From: Planctomycetes bacterium UBA1662
Lineage (GTDB): Bacteria > Planctomycetota > UBA8108
NCBI GenBank assembly: GCA_002320775.1
Contig: DCKY01000210.1
Span: 1-58,529 of the forward strand
DNA: 58,529 nt
Direction: 5' to 3'
Below are positions 1 through 10,052 of this stretch, piece after piece. A model generated the notes under the pieces. That model saw nothing but the letters and a program-made list of their open reading frames with translations, ran no database searches and was not told where the DNA came from. How positions within the stretch are numbered: the first letter of the stretch is position 1; each line of letters starts with the position of its first letter. A program made the translations under genes and the position numbers.

Positions 1-1
1 C

Positions 2-3000
2 GACTGGATCGAGCTCCACAACCCCGGCACCATTCCGGTCAATCTCCGCGGATACTTCCTGACGGACACCGCCGAGGAGCTTGACCGCTGGCGCTTTCCG
101 GAGTTCATCATCCCCCCGCGGGGATACGCTGTCGTCTTCGCCGCCGGGATCGAGCCCGGTGAGCTCGAGCCTGAGACAAGCCTCCACACCAGCTTCAGGT
201 TACGCTCCGATGGTGAATACCTGGCCCTGGTCGCCCCCGATGGAGTGACCGTGCTTTCAGAATTCTCCCCCGGGTACCCTCGCCAGTTCGAGGACGTCTC
301 CTACGGGCGTGACGCCCTGGGCCGTGAAGGCTACTATATCGAGCCGACCCCGGGAGAGCCGAACGGCGATGGGGTGATCGGCTTCCTGGACAACCCCGCC
401 TTCAGTATCGGGCGCGGCTGCTACGAGGAGCCCTTCACCCTGGAGCTCTCCTCCTCCGATCCACTCGCGACGATCCGCTTCACCACCGATGGATCCGCGC
501 CCACCGGGCCAAATGATGGCACGCTCTACAGGGAGCCCATCGAGATCACGGCGACAGCGACGGTTCGCGCCGCCTCCTTCCGGGAAGGCTATGAACCCTC
601 CGACGTCATGACCCACACCTACGTGTTTCTCTCGCAGGTTGTAGGCCAGTCAAACACCCAGCCGGGCTACCCCTCGTCCTGGTCCGGCCGGCCGGCCGAT
701 TACGAGATGGACCCGGAGGTCGTCGGTGGAAATGATCTCTTCAACGGCGTTTACCGCGAAAGCATCGTCGATGACCTGAAGGACATCCCCACGCTGTCGA
801 TCACGATGGACCGCGACGACCTCTTCGGCGCGCGCGGGATCTACGTCAACTCCCAGGCCGAGGGCGTCGGCTGGGAGCGGCCGGCCTCGGTGGAACTCTT
901 CGATCCCCAGGGCGGCGAGGAAGGCTTCCAGGTCAACTGTGGAATCCGGATCCAGGGAGGCTCCAGCCGCTCGCCGAATTTCCCAAAGCATTCTTTTCGG
1001 CTGCTTTTCAAACGTGACTACGGACCGGGCAAGCTGCGCTACCCCCTCTTTGAAGCCGAGCCCGAGGGTTCAAACGCGACCGATGAGTTCGACACGGTCG
1101 TCCTGCGCGCCTTTTTCAACAACTCGTGGACCCACTGGCACTGGTACCAGAACCCCAGGGCCCAGTACCTGCGCGACCAGTTCGTCCGCGACAGCCAGCT
1201 GGCCATGGGCCAGCCGTCGCCCCATGGACGTTTTGTCCATGTCTACCTCAACGGGCTCTACTGGGGTTTCTACAATCTCCACGAGCGTCCCTCGGCTCCC
1301 TTCATGGCAGCCTATGATGGAGGGGAGCGCGAGGATTACGACACCCAGAACGTCACCACCGCTGTCGACGGCAACCTGTCAAACTGGAACAGGATGATGA
1401 GTATCGCCAATTCGGGAGTCTCATCCGCCGCCGGCTACGCGAGAATCCGCGAGCTGCTCGATGTCGACAACCTCATCGACTACATGCTGCTGAATTTCTA
1501 TGTCGGCAACGATGACTGGGACGGCCACAACTGGTACGCGGGCAGCCGGCGCGAAGGCGGACCGGGCTACCAGTTCTTCTGCTGGGACTCAGAGCTGATC
1601 ATCTCCCGCCACCAGAACAATCCCCCTCCGCCACAGCCCGATCTCGATATTATCCTCAACCGCGACCGCACCGGGCTCAGCAACAACAACAAGCCGACAC
1701 GCCTCTACGGCGCCCTGCGTGCCAACCCCGAGTTCCGCCTGCGCTTCGCCGACCGGGTCCGGAAACACTTCTACAACGGCGGCGCCCTGACCACGGACAG
1801 GGTCCTCGCGAGATGGCTGACGCGCCGGGACCAGGTCTGGAGGGCTGTGGTGGCCGAGTCGGCGCGCTGGGGAGATTTCCGCAGAGATGTGCTGCAGGGC
1901 TCCGGCTCCAGTGATCAATACGACCTCTTCCATCGCAACCAGCACTACGTGGCCTACCAGGAGTGGCTCCTCAACACCTACTTTCCCAGGCGAAGAAACA
2001 TCTTTCTCGCTCAGCTCAACCGGCGGGACCTGGTTTCAGAGCTTCCGCCGCCAGCGCTCGAACCGCACGGTGGAGTCATCCCCCCCGACGGCGGCGGACT
2101 GGAGGTCACCATCAGCGTCGAAGCCGGGACCGTCTACCTCACCACCGATGGAAGCGACCCGCGGCTGGAAGGCGGCGCCGTTGCTCCCGGAGCGACAAGG
2201 TACCGCGAGGCGCTGCGGCTCGAGGGGACCACGACACTCAAGACCAGGGTGCTGCGACGCGGCACCTGGAGCGCCCTCACCGAGGCCCAATACACAGCCG
2301 ACCTGGCGCCTCTGAGGATCACCGAGCTCATGTACCACCCCCGCCCGGCGGAAGAAGAGAACGAGCACGACCCCGGCGATTTTGAGTTCATCGAGCTGTG
2401 GAACTCTTCAACCGCCGCGCTGGACCTGACCGGTGCGCGAATCGAGGGCGGTATCCGCTTTGATTTCTCCGCCGGCGGCGCGACGAACCTGCAGCCGGGA
2501 GAGCGCCTGGTGATTGTCGAAAACCTCGAGGCCTTCGCCTCGCGCTACGACCTCGAAAGGATTCTTGTTGCAGGAGAATTCTCCGGCAACCTGTCCAACG
2601 GCGGCGAGACCTTCTCGCTGGTCGACTCGAGTGGAGCCGAAACCCTCAGGATCAGCTACAACGACAGCTGGCATCCGGAGACCGACGGCGGCGGCCCTTC
2701 CCTGCAGCTCGTGGACCCGCTCACCGGAGGCAAAGCCCTTCGCTCACCTGGCGCCTGGCGACCCAGCAGCGTCAGTGACGGAACCCCGGGCCTCCCAGAC
2801 CCGGGCGCCCCCCTGGGCGGCCTCCAGGTTCCCGGGGACCTGAACCAGGACGGCGGCATGGACATCTCCGACTCGATCGCCCTGCTCGGCCATCTCTTCC
2901 TCGGCAGTCCAGCCAGGCTGCCATGCCAGGATGGCGGCATCGGAGATCCGGCGAACCTCACCCTCCTTGACGTCAACGGAGATAACGAACTCAACCTCAC

Positions 3001-3118
3001 CGACGCGATCCACTCCCTGGCCTATCTCTTTATGGGGGGCGCGCCTCCGGCTCCTGGAACCGAGTGTCTTCCCATCGCGGGCTGCTCCAATGCCTGCGCC
3101 GGCGGACAGGGCCTATAA
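2..3118 (+). CDS. Secreted CotH-kinase-family protein (lamin-tail domains, chitobiase/Fn3-like domains, CotH, C-terminal dockerin-like domain); 5' partial
   Basis: Frame is open from nt 2 (DWIELHN, lamin-tail motif). Other motifs: IRFTTDGSAP (Fn3-like); CotH motifs GIRIQGGSSR, YLNGLYWGFYNLHERP, DWDGHNW; second lamin tail ITELMYHP..EFIELWN; dockerin GDLNQDGGMDISD..DVNGDNELNLTD. Confidence 0.85.
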   Translation, partial: DWIELHNPGTIPVNLRGYFLTDTAEELDRWRFPEFIIPPRGYAVVFAAGIEPGELEPETSLHTSFRLRSDGEYLALVAPDGVTVLSEFSPGYPRQFEDVSYGRDALGREGYYIEPTPGEPNGDGVIGFLDNPAFSIGRGCYEEPFTLELSSSDPLATIRFTTDGSAPTGPNDGTLYREPIEITATATVRAASFREGYEPSDVMTHTYVFLSQVVGQSNTQPGYPSSWSGRPADYEMDPEVVGGNDLFNGVYRESIVDDLKDIPTLSITMDRDDLFGARGIYVNSQAEGVGWERPASVELFDPQGGEEGFQVNCGIRIQGGSSRSPNFPKHSFRLLFKRDYGPGKLRYPLFEAEPEGSNATDEFDTVVLRAFFNNSWTHWHWYQNPRAQYLRDQFVRDSQLAMGQPSPHGRFVHVYLNGLYWGFYNLHERPSAPFMAAYDGGEREDYDTQNVTTAVDGNLSNWNRMMSIANSGVSSAAGYARIRELLDVDNLIDYMLLNFYVGNDDWDGHNWYAGSRREGGPGYQFFCWDSELIISRHQNNPPPPQPDLDIILNRDRTGLSNNNKPTRLYGALRANPEFRLRFADRVRKHFYNGGALTTDRVLARWLTRRDQVWRAVVAESARWGDFRRDVLQGSGSSDQYDLFHRNQHYVAYQEWLLNTYFPRRRNIFLAQLNRRDLVSELPPPALEPHGGVIPPDGGGLEVTISVEAGTVYLTTDGSDPRLEGGAVAPGATRYREALRLEGTTTLKTRVLRRGTWSALTEAQYTADLAPLRITELMYHPRPAEEENEHDPGDFEFIELWNSSTAALDLTGARIEGGIRFDFSAGGATNLQPGERLVIVENLEAFASRYDLERILVAGEFSGNLSNGGETFSLVDSSGAETLRISYNDSWHPETDGGGPSLQLVDPLTGGKALRSPGAWRPSSVSDGTPGLPDPGAPLGGLQVPGDLNQDGGMDISDSIALLGHLFLGSPARLPCQDGGIGDPANLTLLDVNGDNELNLTDAIHSLAYLFMGGAPPAPGTECLPIAGCSNACAGGQGL

Positions 3119-3221
3119 ACCTGATGACACGGAAATAGATTGCTCCAGGCGGACAATTGATAAAGATTTAATCTATAGTGACCGCCGCAACCAGCCGCCA
3201 AAGTGAATTCGCATAAACAAA

Positions 3222-4346
3222 ATGGATAGTATTTTTTATATCACCCTGATCTTCGTCTTTGGAGCGGCCCTGATCAGCTTTGTCATCCAACGCTGGGCGC
3301 TCGATCGCTGCCTGAAACACTTCAGTAATTTCTATGTCAGCATTGAGCAGGAGGGCGGGGATCCGGTCTGGGGTGAGCTGACGGTCTACCCGGGAGGCAT
3401 CGAGGTCATCTATTCGGAGGCCCGCGCGGATGACACCGGCAATACCGAGACAAGCTACATTGTCTTTGAAGACCAGATGGACAAGATCCTCGCGATCGAA
3501 CGCTACCACGAAGAGCTCGATGAGAAAGACAAGACCCGAAGACTCAAAGACGTCAACTCCCTGAAAAATCGAGGCCTCCTCAAGAAGATCGCCCGCGGGC
3601 TGCGCAACCTCTCCAACGCCTTCAAGGATGCCATCAGCCAGTCGATGGGACTGGTCGTCGCCCAGAGCAGAGGCAAGGCCTCGTCCTCGCTCGCCAAGAG
3701 CCAGGACGCCGGCATTAAAAAGATCGGAGATGAGGCGCTGGGCGCCGTGAGCAACCGCTTCGAGCCGATCCTCGAACGCTATATCGGTTCCAGGGTCATC
3801 GTCGAGTCGAAAAACGGTGACGAGACCTGCCGCCACCTGGGCATCCTCAAGGAGTACTCAAGCAATTGGATCGAGCTGCTGGAGTGCACTGAAAAACACG
3901 AGACCTACTTTCTTGTTTCTGACAGCGAGAGGCTGCGCCTGAACCGCGACATTGACTTCTTCATGAAGTGGACACCCGAACAGAAAAAAGGCCGCAGAAA
4001 ATTCAAGAGCATCTTCCAGTGCAGGGTCCGGAACTTCGGCGAGAAGCCGATCAGGATCTGTCGGTTTGAGAAGGGCGACTACGAACACAAGATCGATATC
4101 GAGATTCTCCCGGGGGCGGATGCCGATTTTAAGGTAAAGGATCTTCCCTCCGAGTTCTTCTCCGGCAACCTCCATCCCGAGACCGAACAGGCGATGATCC
4201 TTGAATCCCCGCACAGGGGAGAACACCAGGAGAGCGCCGAGAGTTGGCTCCCGGAGATCAACCTCGTGATCGAAGGAGAGCGGGTCCTGGATCTCTGCCT
4301 GCCGCGCTCAAAGGCCATTTTGCGCCACGGCGGCCCCGCAGCCTGA
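3222..4346 (+). CDS. Hypothetical protein with N-terminal membrane anchor
   Basis: 374-aa ORF, hydrophobic N-terminus (FYITLIFVFGAALISFVI), gene-like codon usage. Confidence 0.75.
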   Translation: MDSIFYITLIFVFGAALISFVIQRWALDRCLKHFSNFYVSIEQEGGDPVWGELTVYPGGIEVIYSEARADDTGNTETSYIVFEDQMDKILAIERYHEELDEKDKTRRLKDVNSLKNRGLLKKIARGLRNLSNAFKDAISQSMGLVVAQSRGKASSSLAKSQDAGIKKIGDEALGAVSNRFEPILERYIGSRVIVESKNGDETCRHLGILKEYSSNWIELLECTEKHETYFLVSDSERLRLNRDIDFFMKWTPEQKKGRRKFKSIFQCRVRNFGEKPIRICRFEKGDYEHKIDIEILPGADADFKVKDLPSEFFSGNLHPETEQAMILESPHRGEHQESAESWLPEINLVIEGERVLDLCLPRSKAILRHGGPAA

Positions 4347-4470
4347 CACCGCTTTCCCCTCCTGGACCGGTTTCCCCCAAACGAGTGAACTTGCGTGTCA
4401 TCGAAGCGCCTGCTATCTTCTCCGGCGAGGCTTCGCCGAGGCAAAGCCGGCCGAATGGAATTTCAGGAGC

Positions 4471-4547
4471 GCGCCAGTAGCTCAGCTGGATAGAGCACCG
4501 GATTTCTAATCCGGTGGTCGGGGGTTCAAGTCCTCCCTGGCGCGCCA
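4471..4547 (+). tRNA. tRNA-Arg (anticodon UCU)
   Basis: Acceptor stem GCGCCAG/CTGGCGC, D-arm GCTCAGCTGGATAGAGC, anticodon arm CCGGA-TTTCTAA-TCCGG, T-loop GTTCAAG, encoded CCA end. Confidence 0.97.
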
Positions 4548-4679
4548 TTTTATTCCCTTCTCCAGTGCTGGACGGTATTCTCAGGCGACTCGGGATAATT
4601 CTTATTAGCTGCTTCAATCTCGGAGTTTGAAGCTGGAAAATAGCAGGGAGGAACTGTCCGTTACAGCTCCCGAATCCGA

Positions 4680-7661
4680 ATGAAACCAACGAGCAGTTGT
4701 ATGTTCAAAACAAAACTCGGATGTCTTGCCGCGGCCTTTCTCTTTCTCTTCTTTCCCTGCGCCGCGCGAGCGGAAAACGTCGCCCACTGGAATCTTGATG
4801 GCGACCTCTCCTCATCCTCGGATGCTGAAGATCTTGTCCTTTCCGCCTTCCCCGGGATCGACCCTTCCATTCGCTTCGCTTCAGCCGATATCGACGGGGC
4901 TGAAATAACATATGCCGTGGTTGAGGATGGCAACGCGCTGACGGTGCGGCACGGTCTCAACGCCAACGGCGGAGGCTCCTACCTCAACAGCTACACCCTG
5001 GTCATGGATGTAAGGTTCCCCGAAACAGGCGATTGGATCTCGCTCTACCAGACCAACTCCTGCCAGAACGAGAACGGCTCGACGGCACCTCTCGCCTGCG
5101 GCAATGATGGAGACTGGTTCCTGAGGGGAGATGGGGCCATCGGCATCAGCGGCAACTACAGCGGCTCCATCACGGCGAACAGGTGGCACCGCCTGGCGCT
5201 CGTGGTCGACAGCGCCTCGGGAGCCTACATCAGCTACATCGATGGGACCGAGGTACAGCGGAATGCCGGCGCGGTAACCGTAGATGGACGCTTCAGCCTC
5301 TACCCGGCCGGCGGAGCGGTGGACTGGTTCCTCCTCTTTGCCGATGAATCCGGCGGAGCGGGAGCTCCCCAGGAGATGGGGACGGTCCATCTCAACGCGG
5401 TACAACTCCGCGACGCGGCTCTCTGCCCGGCGGAGATCGCGCTGCTGGGGGAAATCTCCGATGGACCTCTTGACGCCGAGCCGGTCGCAGGCGAGGAATG
5501 CGCTGTAGAGCCTCCTGCCGGCGATCCCGGCATCAAGGAGGGTCCCTACCTGCAGTGGGTCACCCCGGACGAGATCACCATCATGTGGGAGACCCTCTCC
5601 GAGGCCAGCGGAACGGTTCGTTATCGCCGCGCTGGCGAAGACTGGCAGGAGTCCTCGCATCCCGGTGTGAGCCGGATCCACGAGGTGAGACTCGAAGGTC
5701 TCGCCGCGGGACAGGAATTTGAATACCTCGTCCGCTCAGAAGCGGGAGCTGAGCTCATCGAGAGCGCGCCCGAGACCTTTACTACGGCGCCGGAAGACCG
5801 GGCCTCGATGCGTTTCACCGTATGGGGAGATAACCAGGCGAATCCGTCGGTCTTTAGCGAGATATCCCGACTGATGGCGGCGGACAATCCCGACATCGCC
5901 GTTGGGGTAGGAGATGTCGTCAACAACGGCGATGTCTACGCCGAATGGGGTGTCGAATTCCTCTCCCCCCTGCAGCCGTTGTCGAAGAACGTTCCCTTCT
6001 ACGTCGCCATCGGCAACCACGAGCGCAACTCCCACTGGTTCTACGACTACCTGGCCCAGCCCGGCAATGAGCACTGGTTCTCCTTTGACTACGCCGGCTG
6101 CCACTTCGTCATCTTCGACTCAAACTTTCCCTTCATGCCGGGCAGCGAACAATACCAATGGCTCTATAATGATCTCTTCTCAGACGCCGCCCAGAACGCT
6201 AACTGGCTGCTGGTTTTCCACCACCACCCGGCCTACTCGGAGATCTACGAGGAAACCCGCTACGCTCAGCTTCGCATGCATGTCGTTCCGCTCCTGGAGA
6301 CGGCGGGAGTCGACGTGGACTTCACCGGACACATCCACGATTACGAACGCGGAATCTTCACGCCCCCCGATACCGGGCGCAGGATCGCCTACATCCAGAC
6401 CTCCGGAGCCGGTGGACGGCTCTGGGAAGATGAATTTGACGGAGAGTGGGACCAGATTCAGCGTGTCGTCCAGTACGTCCATCACTACGTACGCGTCGAT
6501 GTTACAGAGGACACCCTGGTCATTAACGCGATTGACAGGGAGGGAGATTCCTTTGACTCCATCCGCCTCAACCGCATGCCCAGGACGGGCGAAGCCCCCG
6601 AACCTCCCCCACCGATCAATATTCCCCCGGAGCTGCCATCGGGAGAGGCCATCACCCAATGGGATTTTACCAGCGGCAACCTGGAGGCTTCCAGAGGCGC
6701 TGGCTCCATCCAGTATTCCGATGGCCCTAATGGCGCCACAGCGTCCGCGACGGAATTCGGATCGACCTCCGACTTCGATATCGCCCCGATTGACGGAGAG
6801 GAGGCCCAGGTAATGAAATTCCCCAAGGCGGCGGAAAGCTCCATGGGGTTCCTCGTAACCCATGGCGCGGTACCGAATGGCGACGGAAATTATGTCAACG
6901 ACTACAGCCTTGTCTTTGACATGCTGGTCCCATCGAACTCCTTTGACGCCGATGGCTGGCTGTCGCTGCTGAACACGAACGCATCGAACTCCAATGATGG
7001 CGATCTGTTTATCAACCTGCAGAACGGCGGCATCGGCATCAGCGGTAACTACAGCGGCAACATCCGGGCCGACACCTGGCACCGGGTCGCCTTCGTCTTC
7101 TCCCGCGAAGGCGGGTCCATGATTCTCCGCAAATACATCGATGGTCAGGAGGTGGGCGAACAAAGCCTCGGAGCGGCGGATGGCCGCTGGGCGATGTACT
7201 CACGCAACGATGCAACCCCCTTCTTCTACACCCTGACGGACGACAATGGACAGACCAGCGGCGGCTACCTGTCGAGCTTCCTCTTCGTTGACGGCGCCCT
7301 GAGCGCGGAGGAGATCGACGCGCTTGGCCCGCCGGACGCTGATGGGATCCTCGAGGTCAAGGGCGGCTGCGAAGCTGACTGCCCGCCCGTCTTTTTACGA
7401 GGGATGGTCGAAGGTGCCGCCGGACCCGGCATCAGCGATGCGGTCTTCATCCTCAACTATCTCTTCACAGGCGGAAGAGCCCCGGGCTGCATGAAGGCCG
7501 CCGATGTCAACGACACGGGAGTGGTGGACCTTACCGATGCCGTCTACCTGCTGAACTACCTCTTCATAGGCGGGGCCGCTCCAGCCGAGCCTGTCGAATG
7601 CGGAGAAGACCCGACCGAGGATGAGCTGAGCTGCGAAACGCCAACGGAAGCCTGCCAGTAG
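4680..7661 (+). CDS. Secreted purple-acid-phosphatase-like metallophosphoesterase with two LamG-like domains and a C-terminal dockerin-like domain
   Basis: Signal peptide; calcineurin-like motifs WGDNQ, GDVV, GNHE, HHP, GHIHDYER; duplicated LamG unit (GISGNYSG..WHR(L/V)A); C-terminal KAADVNDTGVVDLTD. Confidence 0.85.
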   Translation: MKPTSSCMFKTKLGCLAAAFLFLFFPCAARAENVAHWNLDGDLSSSSDAEDLVLSAFPGIDPSIRFASADIDGAEITYAVVEDGNALTVRHGLNANGGGSYLNSYTLVMDVRFPETGDWISLYQTNSCQNENGSTAPLACGNDGDWFLRGDGAIGISGNYSGSITANRWHRLALVVDSASGAYISYIDGTEVQRNAGAVTVDGRFSLYPAGGAVDWFLLFADESGGAGAPQEMGTVHLNAVQLRDAALCPAEIALLGEISDGPLDAEPVAGEECAVEPPAGDPGIKEGPYLQWVTPDEITIMWETLSEASGTVRYRRAGEDWQESSHPGVSRIHEVRLEGLAAGQEFEYLVRSEAGAELIESAPETFTTAPEDRASMRFTVWGDNQANPSVFSEISRLMAADNPDIAVGVGDVVNNGDVYAEWGVEFLSPLQPLSKNVPFYVAIGNHERNSHWFYDYLAQPGNEHWFSFDYAGCHFVIFDSNFPFMPGSEQYQWLYNDLFSDAAQNANWLLVFHHHPAYSEIYEETRYAQLRMHVVPLLETAGVDVDFTGHIHDYERGIFTPPDTGRRIAYIQTSGAGGRLWEDEFDGEWDQIQRVVQYVHHYVRVDVTEDTLVINAIDREGDSFDSIRLNRMPRTGEAPEPPPPINIPPELPSGEAITQWDFTSGNLEASRGAGSIQYSDGPNGATASATEFGSTSDFDIAPIDGEEAQVMKFPKAAESSMGFLVTHGAVPNGDGNYVNDYSLVFDMLVPSNSFDADGWLSLLNTNASNSNDGDLFINLQNGGIGISGNYSGNIRADTWHRVAFVFSREGGSMILRKYIDGQEVGEQSLGAADGRWAMYSRNDATPFFYTLTDDNGQTSGGYLSSFLFVDGALSAEEIDALGPPDADGILEVKGGCEADCPPVFLRGMVEGAAGPGISDAVFILNYLFTGGRAPGCMKAADVNDTGVVDLTDAVYLLNYLFIGGAAPAEPVECGEDPTEDELSCETPTEACQ

Positions 7662-7677
7662 GTTTCGCGGGCGGCGC

Positions 7678-8715
7678 TCATTCCAGCTCGACGCTGGCGA
7701 AGCCCTCGGAAAACTCGAAGGCCCGCAGGAACCGGGGCTTGATCACCACCTTACCCGCACGGTTCACGTAGCCGACCTTGCGGTCCCTGATGATCGGCGC
7801 GAGACCTCCGGAATAGGTCATCAGCCAGTCCTGCCCCATCCGTAACAGGACCTTTCCATCGGGACCGATACAGGACCAGCCCTTCTCGTCCTGTACGCTC
7901 GCCATCCCCTCGGAGAAATCATACGCGGCGAAATAGCTTGGCGGAACCAGCTGTTTACCGGAGCGATCGATAAACCCCCAGCGCGTCTTGACGCGGATTC
8001 GCGCCAGGCCGTGTCTGAAATCAAACGCCCTGCTCACCTCCTCCAGGGGTCCGATGACAACCTTGCCGGTATTATCGATGTAGGCTATGCGCCCATCGAG
8101 AAGAACCCGCGCCCGGCCCTGGTGGAAATCGTAGGCCTTTTCAAAACGAGGCGGGATGGTGAGCTTGCCGGTCCGATCGACATAGCCGAGCTTGCCCCCA
8201 AGACCCACCGGGGCGAGCCCCTCGCTGAACCTTCCGGCTGATGAGTATTTCGCGGGGATCACCATCTCTCCCCCGCCATCGATATAGCCGAAGCCTCTCT
8301 CGGTGCCGACGGCAGCCAGGCCGGAGCTGAAATCGCCACCGGCCCGGTATTCTCCCTTGATGACCAGCCGGCCGCTGTGGTCGATATAGCCTCGTCCTTC
8401 AGCTGCTTCGACCCAGGCCTTCCCCTCGGAAAAATGCCGCGCCCAGTCAAACCGGGCTGGGATCGCCATCTTCCCCTCACGGTCAAGATAGCCGTATTTG
8501 TACACCTTGTTTTCGTGAAGACGAACCCGGGCAAAACCTCCCGAGAAGTTGCCTGCCTCGTGCAACACCCGGCTGGTAATGAGTACCTGCCCGGTCTTGT
8601 CGATATAGCCGATGCTGCCGCGCTTGCGCTCGTGGGCAAGAAGCGCCGCGCAGGCCGGCAGTGCCGCGAGAATCAGCAAGGCAGCGGAGCGTTTTTTTCT
8701 TTCTGCGTGGATCAT
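7678..8715 (-). CDS. WG-repeat-containing protein
   Basis: Repeated FSEGLA-V..GYID..G units; start placed at the ATG preceding a hydrophobic signal. Confidence 0.85.
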   Translation of the reverse strand: MIHAERKKRSAALLILAALPACAALLAHERKRGSIGYIDKTGQVLITSRVLHEAGNFSGGFARVRLHENKVYKYGYLDREGKMAIPARFDWARHFSEGKAWVEAAEGRGYIDHSGRLVIKGEYRAGGDFSSGLAAVGTERGFGYIDGGGEMVIPAKYSSAGRFSEGLAPVGLGGKLGYVDRTGKLTIPPRFEKAYDFHQGRARVLLDGRIAYIDNTGKVVIGPLEEVSRAFDFRHGLARIRVKTRWGFIDRSGKQLVPPSYFAAYDFSEGMASVQDEKGWSCIGPDGKVLLRMGQDWLMTYSGGLAPIIRDRKVGYVNRAGKVVIKPRFLRAFEFSEGFASVELE

Positions 8716-8910
8716 GATGATATTTGTCCCCGGGACAATTGTACCTCCTGCCCACCCGTTAAGCTGACGTCTTCCCCCGGATATCCGAAAACACCTCGAT
8801 CTGTCTTGCAATCAGCGGCCCGCTTACAGAAAATCCAAGGCCACTCAACCTGCCGGGCTTCCACTGTTTTTCCGGAAGCCGTTCGGCCTAGCAACGGAAG
8901 CCTTACGAAA

Positions 8911-10026
8911 ATGAGCGACAAGAAAATGAATGTATCGATCGTCGGACTTGGCTTCGGAGCCGAGTTCATACCCATCTACCAGGCCCACGCAAACGCGGAG
9001 ATTCACTCGATCTGCCAGAGAACCGAGTCTAAGCTCAACGAGATCGGTGACCAGTTCAACATCGAGCGGCGCCACACGAGCTACGATGAGGTGCTGTCCG
9101 ACCCCGAGGTCGATTTCGTCCACATCAACAGCCCGATCCCGGATCACGCGCCCATGTCCATCGCCGCGCTCAAGGCCGGCAAGCATGTGATGTGTACTGT
9201 TCCGATGGCCACCACGGTCGAAGAATGCCGCGAGATCTGCGAGCTGGTCAGGGAGACCGGCCTCAAGTACATGATGGCCGAGACTGTCGTTTACAGCCGG
9301 GAATTCCTCTTCATCAAGGAGATGTACGAAAAAGGAGAGCTCGGCAAGATCCAGTATATGCAGGCCTCCCATCCGCAAGACATGGAGGGCTGGCCGGAGT
9401 ACTGGGAGCGCATGATTCCCATGCACTACGCCACCCACGTGGTGAGCCCGGTTCTTGGGCTCGTCAACGGACGAGCCGAATATGTCTCCTGCATCGGCTC
9501 AGGAACTATCAGCGAGGAACTCGCCGAAAAATCCGGAAACTCGAGCGCCGTACAGAGCTGCCACATCAAGCTGCAGGACTCTGACATCGCCGCCCACATC
9601 TGGCGTTTCCTCTTCGATACGGCCCGCCAGTACCGTGAGTCCTTTGATGTCTACGGTACGAAGAAATCCTTCGAATGGACCCTCGTAGAGGATGAGAAGC
9701 ACGTGATCCATACCGCGAAGAAGCCCGAGGGGGAGATCCCAGAGCTCGTTACGGTGCCTGATTACGCCCACCTTCTCCCCGAGGAGATCCAGAAGTTCAC
9801 GCAGAGCATCGAGGATGCCGACCACCTGTCCTTCGTACAGGGCGGCGGACACGGGGGCTCCCATCCGCATATGGTGAACGAGTTCGTATCAGCTCTCCTG
9901 GATGACCGCGACCCGTGGCCAAACGCCGTACAGTCGGCCAATTGGACCTGCGTCGGCATCTGTGCCCACGAGTCAGCGGTAAAGGGCGGAGCGATCGTTC
10001 CCCTGCCTGAATTCACGCTCGAGTAA
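8911..10026 (+). CDS. Gfo/Idh/MocA family oxidoreductase
   Basis: VGLGFG Rossmann motif and ALKAGKHVMC.VPMA motif; ATG at 8911 chosen because the upstream part of the track ORF overlaps the WG gene. Confidence 0.9.
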   Translation: MSDKKMNVSIVGLGFGAEFIPIYQAHANAEIHSICQRTESKLNEIGDQFNIERRHTSYDEVLSDPEVDFVHINSPIPDHAPMSIAALKAGKHVMCTVPMATTVEECREICELVRETGLKYMMAETVVYSREFLFIKEMYEKGELGKIQYMQASHPQDMEGWPEYWERMIPMHYATHVVSPVLGLVNGRAEYVSCIGSGTISEELAEKSGNSSAVQSCHIKLQDSDIAAHIWRFLFDTARQYRESFDVYGTKKSFEWTLVEDEKHVIHTAKKPEGEIPELVTVPDYAHLLPEEIQKFTQSIEDADHLSFVQGGGHGGSHPHMVNEFVSALLDDRDPWPNAVQSANWTCVGICAHESAVKGGAIVPLPEFTLE

Positions 10027-10052
10027 AAACCCGCCGGCTGAAACCGCTACGG

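Noticed and set aside
4471-4547. tRNA-Arg as an integration site for a genomic island
   Set aside because: No integrase and no duplicated tRNA 3' end were noticed in the window.
8377-8910. N-terminal extensions of track ORFs (also 28961-29416, 44901-45200, 50383-50679, 23466-23771)
   Set aside because: They overlap neighbouring genes and family motifs begin at downstream starts.
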